64,000 bases of DNA, taken from positions 32,984,001 to 33,048,000 of the forward strand of contig OX597816.1 in the NCBI GenBank assembly GCA_951406725.2. The letters are read 5' to 3'. The position numbers and the translations under genes are program-made. The number at the start of each line of letters is the position of its first letter. Positions within the stretch are counted from its first letter, which is position 1. Below the pieces are notes generated by a model that saw only the letters and a program-made list of their open reading frames with translations, was not told where the DNA came from and ran no database searches. Source of the DNA: Octopus vulgaris (lineage: Eukaryota). This document shows, piece after piece, positions 12,511 to 26,869 of this stretch.

Positions 12511-15311
12511 TTTTGAATAGAATGACAGCGGTTTGTCGTAATAGGTTTTACCATTGGCTATAATCCGGCTTGTCTGACTGACCAGTTAAGAGGTACGCTT
12601 TATACCAACGTATATCTGTGTTCGATGTTAGGTTAAATTATTTGATTTTCCTACTTCCGTGAAAATCTTCTGCGAAACTATTGATAAGAATGTCCGTATG
12701 TGTGTGCATAATGTATAGCTATGCGTATTTTCGCTTATTCATCGAGGCATATCGTGATTTAGGGACAGAATAACCGTAAAAAGAAATAGGGTTATTTTCC
12801 GCCGAGGAAATCTTTTGCGATATTAGTTCTGCACCAGATTATACCCGTTCCATTATATCTATTGCCATAAGGAACTTGGTTAACAATTGATTGGATGTAA
12901 CTTGTGATAAACATCGCTATTCTTTATGATTTTTTATATAAAAAAAAGGAACATGAAATAAAATATATTTTAGAGTACGATATAGAATGATTTATTAGTG
13001 TTCGGTTAGCTCATAAAGTAAAACACTTTCAAACTGAAATCAATTATATCTCCTCTTTCTTATACCGGAAATTGTTCTGATAAATACATAAATACATAAC
13101 TGTTATAACTTCCTACTTCCTAATTGTGTAAATTACCTGGAAATATGGGTTTGTTATTTTGTTGTTTATTTTTGTTGTTTTTTTTTAAGAAAAGTCAATA
13201 AATAACAAGAAAGATGTAGGATGATTATACATTCTGTAGTGTTGCGGTTGAAATGGAATTGTCAAATTTAAATTTGTCCTTCGCGATGTTAAATAATACC
13301 CTGTCCGTTATATATTTAGAAACCTACATGGTAACTTCAGAGAATTTAGTGCAGAGTAATGTAATATACTCTTTTTTTGTTGTTGCTGATGATGATGATC
13401 AGGAGGAGGAGGAGGAGGAAGCGGAGAGAGAGGAGCAGGATCACCGATACCATGACGAACATCACGATGATGCTGTAAAGGATGAAAATGAATGAAGAAC
13501 GATCTTACTGTTATCCAACCTGCATCAGGCATATTTGGGTATACATGAGCTCAGACGTATCAGCTACAAGAAACCGCAATTCTACTCACCCTTCTCTCTC
13601 TCTTTCTCTTTCTCTTTCTTTGACCAACTTTTCTCTCTCCTCTTTCTACCTCTTCTCTCTCTCACTCTCTCTCTGTCTTCTGGTTATCTGTTTGTTTCTT
13701 TCTCCGTCTTTACTCTCTCTGTTTCACTGTCTTCTTTTCACGATCCTTTTTCCTGCTCCCATCTGTTTTCTCTCTTTCGTTCCTTTCTGTAGATGAGCGT
13801 AGGCTTAACACGTCAAAGATTTCTTCCGTTTTAGCTGAGCGTCAGATTAATGAACCAAATTTGTTGTTCAGTCAAATGTCCTTGTCTTTGTTTCTTGATG
13901 TTATGTAAATTTGAACCATGTGTGTGAGTGAGTATTCATTTTTCTGAGTCTGTTTGTGCGTGTGTGTGTGCGTGCACGCGCATGTGTGTGTGTGCCTTTG
14001 TGTCAGTATTTGCCCTGCGGTACCGCTTGGAAACTGGTGTTCGTGTGTTTACATCCCTGTAATTTAGCTGGTCGGCAACGCATAGCAAAATAATAAATAT
14101 CAGGCTTTGAAAAATAAATACAGGTGTCGATACATTCAACCAAATATTTTTCATGCTGTGCCCCAGCATGGCCGCATTTCACTAACTGAAACAAATAAAA
14201 GATAAAGGATAAAACCTTTATGTATATTACAGACTCATGTGCAATCTATTATATTAAGATATTTTATGTGAAATGCGAGGCTTAGCAGTTAGGATGTTGT
14301 ATTCATAATCATAAGATTACGATTTTGATTCCTGAACCGAGACTTGCATTGTGTTCTTGAGAAAAACAAACTTCACTCTGTGTTTTATCTAATCCATTTA
14401 TCTGCCAAAGAATCCTGAATACCAGCCATAGGAACGAATGATGCGAGAAAAACATTTGATACTTTCTGGTATATTGCATTATAAATGTAGATACTCTTGT
14501 AATTAATTACAGGTGTATGTCAAAGATTGAATACATTTACCTTCGTATGTTATACTTCACTCCGTCATTTCCAACTTCCGTTTAATATTTCTTTATCTTC
14601 ACCACTGACACACGCAGCATATCCTGCACTTTAGTTAGAGTTTGGCAAGAAACATTTAAGACTTGTCAAATTCTTCACAATCTGGGGTTTACAGTAAATG
14701 CTATTCGGATTTTTAAAGAAATTCACTGATTACATAAAATTACGTGCGTGTAATTCTACTTATATTTATACATCCAAATGTGGCCGTCCTCTTTCTAACA
14801 ATTTCTTAAATAACTTCAAGTATTTACGGCAGTACGCTTCCACACCTTTATATGAAGTCACCACTTTAAAACTAATATATTCGTTATGACTGTCCTAAAA
14901 TACAGGAGTTATTCGTGTCTATTTTCCCAATAATTAGTGAAATTAACAGCAGTACTAATATTGTTCTATGGTTTCGGGAGAGAGGAAAGTGGCGTGCGGT
15001 ATCATTTTCAGGATCTAGAGTTCGGTGGTAGAAAGTAAGATAAAACCGATAATGGCCGAGCTTTTTAGTTCTCACCTAAGTGACCTGCATACTACAGAGT
15101 AGGTCTCAAAATAAAATAGGACTAGTATGTTAAATTTCCGAACATTCTCCATCGTCTCTAATGCACACACAAGGGTTGAATTAAAGGGAGTTTAAGTTAA
15201 AGATAATTATTGAATAAACCGGGATAGGACTTAGAGCCAGATGATCTTAATTAAAGTGTAATCGCTGTGTTTGACATGTCTATATGTTCAGTAATTTCGT
15301 GCATATATATA

Positions 15312-15697
15312 TCTCTCTATATATAAACGGCAGTTTGTCTGTGCGTGTTTCTTGTGTCTGTTTGCTTGTACCCTCACCCTGACCACGGCCTTCAACCGAT
15401 TCTGATAAAACTTGACACACACATAGCCCAATGTCATAATTCAAAACTAACGCAGCCAAAATTTTGAAAAGTTCCCGCAGTTCTGAAAAAAATCGATAAA
15501 TTCGACATGGGGTCGAGAATCAGAAACACGAACCACAAACTGTCTAGGGGACGCAACTCCATCCTTTTTTAACTCTAAAAAAAAAATATACCATCATTTT
15601 TTTCCATTTTTTTTGCTATTTTTTGGCTATAACTCTCTAAAAATGCTTTATAGTTATTTCCCTTACAAACCTGAGCAACGCCGGGCGATACTGCTAG
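15312..15697 (+). mobile_element. Non-autonomous Helitron
   Basis: 5' TC after A; 3' GC-rich hairpin CCTGAGCAACGCCGGG, then CTAG followed by T; no TSD. Confidence 0.85.
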
Positions 15698-16432
15698 TAT
15701 ATATATATATTTGAATATGATCCATTGGCTCTAAATCACTCGTGCAAAAACTAATTTGTGTCAGGTATAAAACTCGTTCTCTTCTCATTTTCTCTTCCCA
15801 TTTTCATCTCTACCTGTCTCATCATATTAATACATTTTGACATCTGGAAAGATAAATAATAGAAGGTTTCTCACAGTGAATTGACATAAATGACTGCCGA
15901 ACTTTAGCGGAGAAAATTACTCAAATCAGTTTGCTTGGTTATGTCGTATACATGGACAAGGGAATATATTTATTCTATTGAATTGTAAGCAATATTTTAC
16001 GCTTTCATACGCTATTGCCTCTTCAAGTGCAAACGTTAAAAACCATTCTATTGAGAGAGCAAATCAAACCTACATTTATTAAATCTCTTTCGTAAAATTC
16101 AATGAAATCCCCATATAATTCTCAAGATATAGAAGAAGAAAAGTATATTATGAATATTTCATAATTCAAATATTACATCACTATACTTTATTTCGTATCT
16201 ACTAAACTGTATCTAAAAAAATTCTTTGACAAAATCAGGTTACGATTCACGCGAAAATCCAAGGAGATATCATTACAACTTTGAAAACATACGTAAATGC
16301 ATTCAGTAAATGTAAAATATGCTATATCAGTGTAGATATTTATCTATATATCTATCTACATGTTTACCTACCTATCTATCCATCTATCATTCTGTCTATC
16401 TTTCTATGTGTGTATGTGTGTATGTTTGTATG

Positions 16433-16533
<101 letters not shown>

Positions 16534-18980
16534 GAATAAAATAGAATAGAAAAACTACAGATGATTTGTATTATATGGATTAAAAATATATTAAAATCGT
16601 CATGTTAGGAAAGTGATTTATAATTTTGTGTTTTATCACATTGTTTTGGGGGAAATAACCAGTTTCGCATTTTCTTTTCAAATTTCTCAAATTTCTTTAC
16701 CGATGTTGTGTCATCTATTCTTTATAGTGTAATGTAGAAGAGTTCGAAACAGGGGGAGGTAAGCAAGGATTTTTTTTGGTATAAGGAAGAAAATTTTTTT
16801 AAATGTTGGGAATGATTGGGTTTTGTTAATTTAACATGATTTGGTTTTGATAGAATAAAATGTTAGAAAATATTGGAAATAGTTAAGTCTTTGTTCATAT
16901 TTTTCAATGCACCGACAGCAGATTGCATTCCCAGAATACCGAATGATACGTCTTAGTGAACACATTGACATGCGGAAAACAACTGATTTGACTACGTGCC
17001 CTTCCAATACGTAGGAGAGCTATTACTGTTACAGGATCGATTATTCAGAAGCGCAAAATGTCTTAAATGTATGGATATTTCGAAACAAGGCTGGAATGTA
17101 ACTGTGGGTATATGTTACAATACTAAAGTTAACTCCTAATGGTTTACTGAATTTAAGAGCAACCATTAGCAGAGCACACTCACTCTGGTGGTGAAGGATA
17201 AGTTTTGAATTATGTCCAATGTACATATCCAGTGAAGAATTAGGTGTGTGCTGAAGTGGTAAGATTCATCGTTTCTTTATTATATCTTGAGAGGTGAAGT
17301 ACTCATGGTATATCAAAGGCAGGAGATATGCTGTGTTTTGAAGAAAGGTGCACCAGAAAACCGTAAATCTATTTATCCTGCAGTGTGCAGGTTTGTAGGT
17401 AAGATATGTTTTCTTTATTCTATGTTTTCTAGTAGCTACAAGATTAGATCTCTTGATCTGAGAGCCCTCTACGAACATAATTTATCTATTGTCTTCCCTT
17501 GATATGTTGCAATGTCTACACTTTCTGTAATATTTTGCATTAAGCCCTTCTCGTCGTGGATTACCCTTCTTAACGTTTGGCGCCAATGTATATACACTTA
17601 TATTACAAACAATTTATTTCACTTTTTTAATTCGATCCATACAGAGGCACAAGACACATGTACAAGGAGGCTCACAAACACTAACAGCATATGCATACAA
17701 CATTCCTAGTCCCATCTATAACTGTTTATATTTTAAAGTACGTTCTGCTTATTCGTTGATTAGACTATGTTGCACCAATTACTATACAATTATATTTAAG
17801 TTTTCTTATAATTCTGATAGGAAATTTTTATATAATTGAATATTAATTGGAGAAATATAGACTTACGGTCTCTAATATTAAAATATAAAAGGGAGAGAAT
17901 TCTGAAGTTTTAATTGTCGAAATTTGAATAGAGTCATGTGTGATGAAGTCACAATGACCTTCGCTAACTATAACGTAAGATCTAGGCGTGTCTCCGTTTC
18001 CTTGTAACTTCACAGCGAAGCATATTCAATGTCATGATAGCTATCAAAGATGAGATTTCCTCCTTCCCTTCGCATATCACTATTGAAAATTTAATCTATT
18101 GAAATTTTTGAACATCTTTCGTTTAACTCTTTCGAAATGAAATTTCCTTAATTCTATTTTGTTTGTTTGTTTGATATAATTCCAGAGGAATTGCTGCAAC
18201 AAACATTATCAAAAGCGAAGTATGTATCCAATATATCAAAGCTGCATATTGAAAGGAGTTTTGCGACGATGAAAAATAAACAAATGTATCATATTCAATA
18301 TAACAAATACATATATATATATATATAATATACATATTTACTGGCACGATGTCATAATGAACAGATGTATAATACCTAACTATATCAATTTACTCATGGT
18401 TAAATATTGTTGGTTTTATTCTTGTTTTGTTTTGTTATTTTTTTTTACAGTTTTCGCTTGCAAGATCTTGTGTTGTCCATGGGTAAATGAATTTTCCAAC
18501 ATCCCTTACAAAAATGTAAGGGGCGTATCTCTTTATATGTAAAGCTAATGGAAGGAAAAGTACCTGGATTATCCCCCATCTAGAAGCAGAAGATTAACAG
18601 CTTTAATATAACATACTTAATTTTAATTATGTAATATAAATGAGATTTGGATACCTAAGAACATCAAGGATTTGATGCCTAATAATATCAAGATCAACAT
18701 GCAGTTGAAGATCCACTATACTGGCCCTTCACCTACTTGTAATATCAAACAAATCGCTCTCAAAACGAGTCTTATCAACAAAACTTCTGCAGGTTTTGAC
18801 AACGTGGGACCAAATTAGTAGTCACTTAACACCCTGAAAGAAGCAGCTAAATATACCAGAGATCCTTCAATTTTGTCAGAAAATAAAAGGAAATATTGGA
18901 TAAGAAACGTTGATGAAAAAGTAATATAGGGCTAAAATGAAACATAAATACACTTTGTACAAATACACACAAATACACAA

Positions 18981-19353
18981 TTAGATGCCCGGGGCTGCAC
19001 GTGCGCTACACTGGAGGTATCACCGGGTGCGTCTTCCCTGATCCGAGAGGGTCGGGAAACGTCTGAGCCACTTCCTGTGATAGGGATCGGAGCCTGGGAC
19101 CAACTCTGTGAACGAGGAATTCCCGGTAGGTGACGGGTCATCAGTTCGCGTCGATCAGGTCCCTGCCCTTGGTACACACCGCCCGTCGCTATTACCGATG
19201 GAACGGTCCGGTGAGGTCCTCGGATCTGGCCGACGCATTCGCTTACGCGCGGCGGCATTCCACGCTGTCGTCGGCGCGTTCTCTGAGGGCCCGGAGAAGA
19301 CGACCGAACCCGATCGCTTAGGGGAAGTAAAACTTGTCACAAGTTGTAACAAG
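18981..19353 (+). pseudogene. 18S rRNA 3'-end fragment (helix 43-44/V9 region)
   Basis: TTAGATG..GGGCTGCACGTGCGCTACACTG, AACGAGGAATTCC, GTCCCTGCCCTTGGTACACACCGCCCGTCGCTA and GAAGTAAAA..GTCACAAG match universal SSU motifs with substitutions. Confidence 0.9.
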
Positions 19354-19423
19354 AAACAGAAATCAGTTTGTTGCTTAGATCGATATATAGGTTGGAAGGA
19401 GCTATGTATGCATATATCTGTAT

Positions 19424-19604
19424 GTGCTACACTGGAGGTATCTGCGGGCGCGTCTCCGCCGGCCCGAGATGGTCGGGAAACCTCTGAACCACCTCCCGTG
19501 ATAGGGATCGGGGCCTGGAATCAACCCCGTGAAGGAGGAATTCCCGGTAGGCGTAGGTCATCAGCCCGCATTTATCACGCTCCAGCCCTTTGTAAGCACC
19601 GCCC
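19424..19604 (+). pseudogene. Second, diverged 18S rRNA fragment
   Basis: GCTACACTG...GATAGGGATCGGGGC...GAGGAATTCC...GCCCTTTGTAAGCACCGCCC. Confidence 0.85.
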
Positions 19605-20229
19605 ATACAATAACAATCTAACCGATCGTCCTATTGAATGTTTTTCCAACCGTTAGTATACCCCACAACTTACAGTCGTATTTCGCATCCTCGACACCAC
19701 AAGTCTACGCTGTTAGTAATCATTTATATTGACACCACATCTCTCAAGCAATATACATCATGAGTTGTTATCTCTTTCTTAGATAACCGAAATATTTTGT
19801 TTCGGTGTTCAATGAACAATTGCTGGCAGTCTGTATCAATGCTGAGGGCGACTCCGAAACAATAAATCAAATGTATAAATGATTCAGCTCCAACTCTTCA
19901 CCGACACTTTGGTTCCAGTAAGAACTGCAAATCAGAGAAAATAGTTTGCATGGGAATACTCTTGCCTATTTACGGAAAACATATCCCACTATAGAGATTT
20001 CTATGTATCATATTTTATCTTCATAAATATATACACAATGATAAAAATAATTATATAATAACAACAAAAACAGCAACAGCAACAAATACAACAAGAACAG
20101 CAACAACAACGACAACAACAACAACAACAACAACAACAAATAATAATAATAATAATACCGATAATAATAATAATAAATAATGATGATAATAGAAAGCTTG
20201 ATTGCCAAAATCTACTAGGCTAACGATCT

Positions 20230-20395
20230 TCAAAACGGTTCTGACTCAAAATACAGATTTTGTGATACATTTGATAATACAATAGTCCATCTCTTTTGGG
20301 ATGACCTGTGCTGACACCAAACGTATACAACAATTGCCACAATAAGGTTGAACAGCATTTACATCGGAAAATATGTAAACACTACAAAATCAGTA
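20230..20395 (+). mobile_element. Degraded R4/Dong RLE fragment (zinc-knuckle region) downstream of (AAC/AAT)n
   Basis: RFCDTFDNTIVHL...HNKVEQHLHRKICKHYKI-like remnant. Confidence 0.55.
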
Positions 20396-20721
20396 CAAAT
20401 ATGAATATTTTTATGGAAGATTTTTATGGAATAGCATGAAATGCTGGAGAACGGAATTGACAGCAGGGAATCAAGTATTAGGAGATTTAAAAGTCAAGAG
20501 AGAAATCTTCCAGGGGCACGGTGTGTCCTCACTGATATTCGTGCTGGTAATTATGCCCTTGAGTGAAATACTAGAGAAAACAAGGTTGGCGTATGATCTG
20601 GGAAGAGGTAACGGAAACTGAGCCATTTGCTATTCATGGGCGGCATAAAGATATTCACTAAAATGGGAGCAGAACTGTGCAGCCTAGATCCGTCTGTGTG
20701 GATTATCTCCACTGATATTAA

Positions 20722-20952
20722 GGCGGCGAGCTGGTAGAAACGTTAGCATGCCGGGCGAAATGCTTTGCGGTATTTCATCTGCGTTACGTTGTGAGTTCAA
20801 ATTCCGCCGAGGTCGACTTTGCCTTTCATCCTTTCGGGGTCTATAAATTAAGTACCAGTTACGCACTGGGGTCAATGTAACCGACTTAATACCTATGTCT
20901 GTCCTTGTTTGTCCCCTCTGTGTTTAGCCTATTGTGGGTAATAAAGAAAGAA
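20722..20952 (+). mobile_element. Full-length SINE (Meta-domain-like core) with 7-bp TSD
   Basis: Head GGCGGCGAGCTGG, box-B-like GAGTTCAAATTCC, core GCCTTTCATCCTTTCGGGGTC; TSD ATATTAA at 20715-20721 and 20953-20959. Confidence 0.85.
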
Positions 20953-21292
20953 ATATTAAAATGGAGTTTGGACTCTCAAAACATGCTGCGATGGTGATGA
21001 GTCGAAGAAAGCTTCCCAGGACAGAAAGCATACGATTGTCAATTGGTAAAATGATGAAGGCAATTGAACCTGAATCCAGCTTAAAAAAAACCTGGGAATT
21101 TTTCAGGCAGATAGTATCAAATAGCACGACATGAACGAAAAAAAAACAAAAGGAGAGTACATACTTATGGTAACTGAGTAAAATATAAGCTTCAAAGCTG
21201 AATGCCAGAAATATGACTTCGGCAATAAACTCGCGTACAGTCGCAGTAGTACGGTATGCCCCTGGAATCCTAAATGGATAGTATAGAAGCTA

Positions 21293-21529
21293 TACAAGGC
21301 AGCGAGCTGGCAGAAACGTGAGCACACCGGGCGAAATGCGTAGCCGTATTTCGTCTGTCGTTACGTTCTGAGTTCAAATTCCGCCGAGGTAGACTTTGCC
21401 TTTCATCCTTTCGGGGTCGATTAAATAAGTGCCAGTTTCGCACTGGGGTCGATATAATCGACGTAATCTGTTTGTCTGTTCTTGTTTGCCCCCTCTGTGT
21501 TTAGCCCGTTGTGGGTAGTAAAGAAATGG
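21293..21529 (+). mobile_element. Full-length SINE (same family) with 17-bp TSD
   Basis: TSD GGATAGTATAGAAGCTA at 21276-21292 and 21530-21546. Confidence 0.9.
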
Positions 21530-22329
21530 GGATAGTATAGAAGCTAAAGGAGATTGACAGGAAGTAAAGACAGCTCCTTACGATGCATGGAATCCATCAC
21601 CCACGTAAAAAACTGATATTCTATACCTGAAAAACGCAAATGGAGGAAGGGGACTGATGTTTGGAACGTTGCGTGCGTATCGAAATTGAGAACTTATTGA
21701 TATATCTAACCTTAAGTAAGAAAACCTTACTAATGGCAGTTAGTACCGAGGGAGTAATGCGAGCAGAGAAAAAAGGGACATTAAAGGAAAAAGTACAAAA
21801 ATGTTATAAAGAACGATTACGAAAGAAGGGACTGCTCAATCAATTCCACGTATCCACAGCAGTAGTTGTTGGAAAGAATAGGAGGTATTCGGGAATGAAA
21901 GGAAACCTAAAAGAAGGGACCAAGAGTAATATACTGGAAGCCCAGGACCAAGCTTTGGCCACGAACAGGAGGGTGAACTTTAGGAATGAGCAAGTGTCAC
22001 TGCTGTGTTTCTACAAAAGAGTGAAGTAAACCATTGCCCATATCACGAACAAATTCCCTAGACTTGCCCAAAAACAGGTACAAGCTGTGGTGACTCGACC
22101 ACGTGGAAAAATTGCTACTTTGGAAAGTGTGCGAAAAGTGGGAGCTATATAGATAATAGACGTGGTATGAGCACAAATTGCAGAGTTGTGGGATCGGAGA
22201 CTAGCAAAATCCTTTGGGATTTCCCATACCAAACAGATCAGGTGCTAGAGCACCTAGTAGTGGTGGACAAGGTGCACCACATATGCTATATATTTCAAGC
22301 TGCATGCCATTCTGACCCACGAAGGAAAT

Positions 22330-22520
22330 CATAGACGGAAGATTTTATTTTGGCGGCGGAAGATCAAGACATGCTTGCCAAAAACTACCAGGATTACATT
22401 TTTCAAAATGGTTCGAAGTCTAAATGCAGAATATGCAACACATTTGACGAAATAATACACCATCTCGTTTCGGGATGTATTTTGCTGACACCAAAGCAAT
22501 ACAAAATTTGCCATGCTAGT
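22330..22520 (+). mobile_element. R4/Dong RLE fragment (AAxDQ, CCHC knuckle)
   Basis: FILAAEDQDMLAKNYQ...CRICNTFDEIIHHLVSGC. Confidence 0.8.
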
Positions 22521-22559
22521 CAAGGTCACTGTTCATATTAGTAAATCAGAGCTCTTGCT

Positions 22560-22775
22560 TACTGGTATCTTGTGATCTTGTGCCGTCTATATGAAACCAT
22601 CAGGTTCTGCTTTCGGTTCTGGGCATCTCGGCCACTAATGGTTTGCTTGATCTACATCAGCATTTCCGCGTTGAAGTATATGTTGCCCATGCAGGGTCTT
22701 CTAGCTCCATTGCAACTCAATTTGTTTTTGCTCGTGCTATTTTTCAGTCCCTTTGATCCGTTTTGCCACAATTAT
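22560..22775 (-). mobile_element. R4/Dong RLE fragment
   Basis: Minus: KTLHGQHI...NADVDQANH*W...KAEPDGFI*TAQD; abuts a (TAA)n tract on its sense strand. Confidence 0.65.
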
Positions 22776-22854
22776 TATCATTATTATTGTTGTTATTATT
22801 ATTATGTGGAAAACACATAAACACTACATTTCATCAGAGTGCATATATATATAA

Positions 22855-22885
<31 letters not shown>

Positions 22886-22951
22886 CAGCATATATATATA
22901 CAGCTTCCCTTTCACGCAGTTCGAAGTATCTGAGTGATGTATACATACATC

Positions 22952-22984
<33 letters not shown>

Positions 22985-23679
22985 CATATATATATAGCTT
23001 CCCTTTCACGCAACGAGTCTTCTTCTCAGTCAAACATTACCAACCATATTTCGAAAATTTCAGACGACATCTATTCTAGATGCAATTTGGTGCATCCTAC
23101 TCTATACTTTATCGTTTCACTCTATTGTTTATTAGCCATTTTGTGACCAAATTGTTGGCACTGTTTAATCTTTTCAAATCTCAGACATAACACAAATGAA
23201 TCGAGTTTGTAAGATTATTCACATCTAATGGCAATTCAACTTCACGAACTCTTGTACTTACTCACCTATTTATATTTTGTGTTTTAGGTACAGGCAAATT
23301 AATCACGACTAATTTGTATACACACTTAACTATAATGTGGATTTTCGCTGCCACGACATATTTCATTTATATCCAAAACAAAAGCTCACAAAACGTTATA
23401 ATCACCAGTATTATATTACTAGTGTACAAGTCATATGGATTTCTTGCTATATGACGAAGTAATTGGTCGCGGAATAAAGACAGCAGCTGATGTTAACACA
23501 AATTGAGAGAGAAAAGTAACACTTTTTATAATTCTACAAATGTTACACTATATTGACAGGCATCAACTGATGCTTATTATCATTATTGTTGTTGTTGTTG
23601 TTGTTGTAATTTTCATTATAATTTCTTCTTTAAATTATGATTTCATTATAATCTTCATTATAAATTCTTCTTTCATTTC

Positions 23680-24510
23680 TGTTTCCAATTCTTTCCGGTG
23701 GTCTTCTTGACACCTAGGGTAGAGAAACGTACTATCTACATTAGTAGACCATTAAAGTAATCACACTAGACTGTTTCTTTACATAATCATGTAAAAGAGA
23801 AAAAGGAAAAAATAAAAATAAAATCGTAAACAAATAAAATATAGGGGTGTAAAGAAAATTCACAGTGATAATGCTCTTCTCAATACGTGTGACGTAGCAG
23901 TTAAGACAATCTGTTTCCCTTCCTGCATGTTTGGGAAGCCAGGGATCATTCTTAAGTAAATTTTAGTTTCCCTTTGATGATTCCAAGTGCTCCTACAATC
24001 ACTGGCATTGTAACCGTCTTCAGATGCCACATTTTGCGATTTCATTTTGCAAATCTTTATATTTTCTGCACTTATCAAATTATTTTGACGAAATATTATG
24101 GTCACAGTGTAGGATTATCAATAAACAGACTTTATTGTTTTGGTCTTTCACAACAATATTTGGTTTGTTTTTCTTTGATTGTCCTGTCTGTACATATTGT
24201 GAAGTCCCGAAGAATAGTTACGTTTTCTCTCAAGTTAAAGCCGTATGGTGGTGCTTGTACCATTTGTCAGCGGTTTTGATTTTATAATGTCGCAACATTA
24301 TCCAATATAGATATTGGCAACTTCTGTCATGGCTTGATTTGTACTCTACAGGTGCTAAAATCATACATCCAGAGATTAGGCCGTCCACTATGTCTATCTT
24401 ACGTTACAGTATCGGCAATTTGGGTCTACACCATTTTGCAGGACGTTGGCTTGATAGTTCCGGGTCAATAAGCTCTGATCTTGGTCAGCCAAGGTAAAGC
24501 CTTCACTCTC
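23680..24510 (-). mobile_element. 5'-truncated R4/Dong element (family A, diverged copy) with 3' UTR
   Basis: Ends IPGFPNMQEGKQIVLTATSHVLRRALSL; 3' UTR resembles 50460-50620. Confidence 0.85.
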
Positions 24511-24610
24511 CTTTAGACAGGAAAATTTTATTTACTGGTATACATACACGTGCATATATTTCTATATATACAAACAAGTTATATATAACAAAAACAACAG
24601 CAATAACAAA

Positions 24611-24643
<33 letters not shown>

Positions 24644-24651
24644 TAATAATA

Positions 24652-24696
<45 letters not shown>

Positions 24697-24750
24697 GGTT
24701 TTGGTTTTGCTTCGATTTATACAAACTGCACCCAAGTCTCAACCAGAGTC
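24697..24750 (-). mobile_element. 3'-terminal stub of a family-C-like Dong element with (TAA)n tail
   Basis: Minus GAGACTTGGGTGCAGTTTGTATAAATCGAAGCAAAACCAAAACC(TAA)n resembles 58182-58229. Confidence 0.6.
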
Positions 24751-25641
24751 GTGAAAGTATATGAGGTTTTCTGCATCTGAAGTTGCTGACAGGTCTGGAT
24801 CCATGCAATGGAAAACACGGATATCTGTGGGAGATAATAATGCGGATTGATTAAGTTTACATTTAGATGGAGAAGCGCCTACGTATAATAACTATAGTAC
24901 ACGTAATTATGATATTTTGCAATCAATTTTGTCAAGGATTTGGGTTATTACTTCTTTGCCCCTCCAGATATTACAAGATCAGTGCTTGTATATGTAACAA
25001 TCCGATTATTTGTGGACACGAAAAATATTGAGGTGAACAGCGCTATTCGGAGGAACTACGAAGCAGTGGCAGGAACAAAAATTTAGTTAATGAGCCTGCA
25101 TCACAGTACCTGCAGTGGCAGGGCCATGCCACCCAAAAGCGTCGTGAGGCACTAGACGGACTGGCCGAGAAAATTGCTCGGGGTTTGGTTTGGTCCACAT
25201 CGAAACGTTGACAAGAATTATAAAGTGGAGATATACAGGGTTGATAGTCTCAATCAGATTGGGTGGCGAAAAAATATATTACAAATGCCCTCATTTAGCA
25301 AAAAGCTATTAATTCTATGTCCAGTTTTATAACATTGCAAGCTGCACGAAGACTACATACATTTTTGTGATACGTTCTAAGAAATTTGTACACAAATTCT
25401 AAAAGGCTGTGATTAGATAACATCAGATATTTTTCTGATATTCTATTTATTTTTCCAAACAACTACACTTAAGTACATATCTTTTGCAGCATTTTACGTT
25501 TGTTAAATTTTACTGAAATAGTAACAAATATTTATATTTTTCAGAACGATTAGCTTTTTCAATATATGCATGTGTATGTGTGTGTATACGTGTGTAATTA
25601 TGTGTATATGTATTTTTGTATGGTGTATGTATTTCTATATA

Positions 25642-25705
<64 letters not shown>

Positions 25706-26869
25706 TCTATATATATGTATGTGTGTCTATATATATGTATGTATTTATCCATTCAATGACAAAAGTTTCAAATTGTAAAGTAAATATCACAACCTGTTTA
25801 CAACTTATCCCATATAATACCAGTCGTGAAGAAAATATATTTAAATGTGTACCTTGTTGTTATTGTTTTTGTTGTTATTTGTAGTTATATAACATTACTT
25901 TATTCTTTATTTTGTTGCAGTTATTATTGTAAAAAAAATGAGTGTAAGATAGCATTAAAATACACAAAAAATACAAAATACATAAATTCCTGGTTGGCAC
26001 TATCATAGAAACATAATAAATGTTTGTCATTGATTTTTCTTGGAATAAACTATCAGATGAACCACGAATTTGGTGATGGCTCAAAGTATGAATTGAATTC
26101 TTCCTAATAAAGACGATATACAAAGCAAATACAAATAGAAATAATATAATTATTGCTTATTTCAAGTTGATGATAAATTGAAATGTATCGATGTTATTGA
26201 CTATTGTTTTATGACCCGACTAGCACTAACGGACTATAGTGTATTGAAGATAATAGAGTGCAATATATTGGTTAGTACCAGGTGACGGCATGCTGTTCAT
26301 GATAATGTAGAATGTACCAGAGTGGTTTGTACTGCTTACCAACAAGTGCTAGTAACGTATTGATGGTAGAGTAGAAAGTGGGTATTAGCAACAAATAATG
26401 ACGTGGTATTCATGATAGACTGGAATGAAATGTTTAGCAACTGCTTATGTTATGGTATAGATCATATATCGTTATATATTCATTAGCAACAAATGAATGT
26501 CCAGTATAGACGATAAAATAGAATGTGTTGATTGGTGACATGCGATGCCAAAGTAATTTCGTTTACTAATGGGAACAGGAAGATAATTGTTAACAATTGT
26601 TACTGAAGCTACGTACACATGAATTTTCGAGATCACTCAGCTTAATTTCTCTATGTGGATACCTGTATCAAATCAAGTGCAGGTCAGGGGGAGAATGAAT
26701 TGGGACTAGCAGTGATTTTAGAAGAAATGAAAAGAAATGGTGCTTTTGATGATCATCATCATTATCATTATCACGAGGAAGAGGAGGAAGTGAAGGATAA
26801 AGGGGAAGGACATGTCTATTTATTAGAATTCAAAGACTTTTGTAATATTATGATCAATTTTTTTATCAT

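Larger units (their letters stand above)
20410..22325 (+). mobile_element. Old R4/Dong-clade RLE LINE (RT through endonuclease), interrupted by two SINEs
   Basis: MKCWRTELTAG...EIFQGHGVSSLIFVLVIMPLS (GIFQGDSLSP-like), DIKMEFGLSK, LEAQDQALATN, KILWDF; many stops. Confidence 0.85.

Noticed and set aside
13510-13565. Minus-strand AG/GT-bounded 55-bp segment
   Set aside because: Stops in all frames and no supporting context
16535-16900. TA-flanked block with minus-strand GAAACTGGTTA
   Set aside because: Only the 3' half of an HHR-like motif; the core is absent
18932-19656. GC-rich ORFs up to 182 aa
   Set aside because: Shadow ORFs of the 18S rRNA fragments
22902-23012. 17-bp direct repeat AGCTTCCCTTTCACGCA around a TA tract
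   Set aside because: Most likely slippage duplication; no element between the copies
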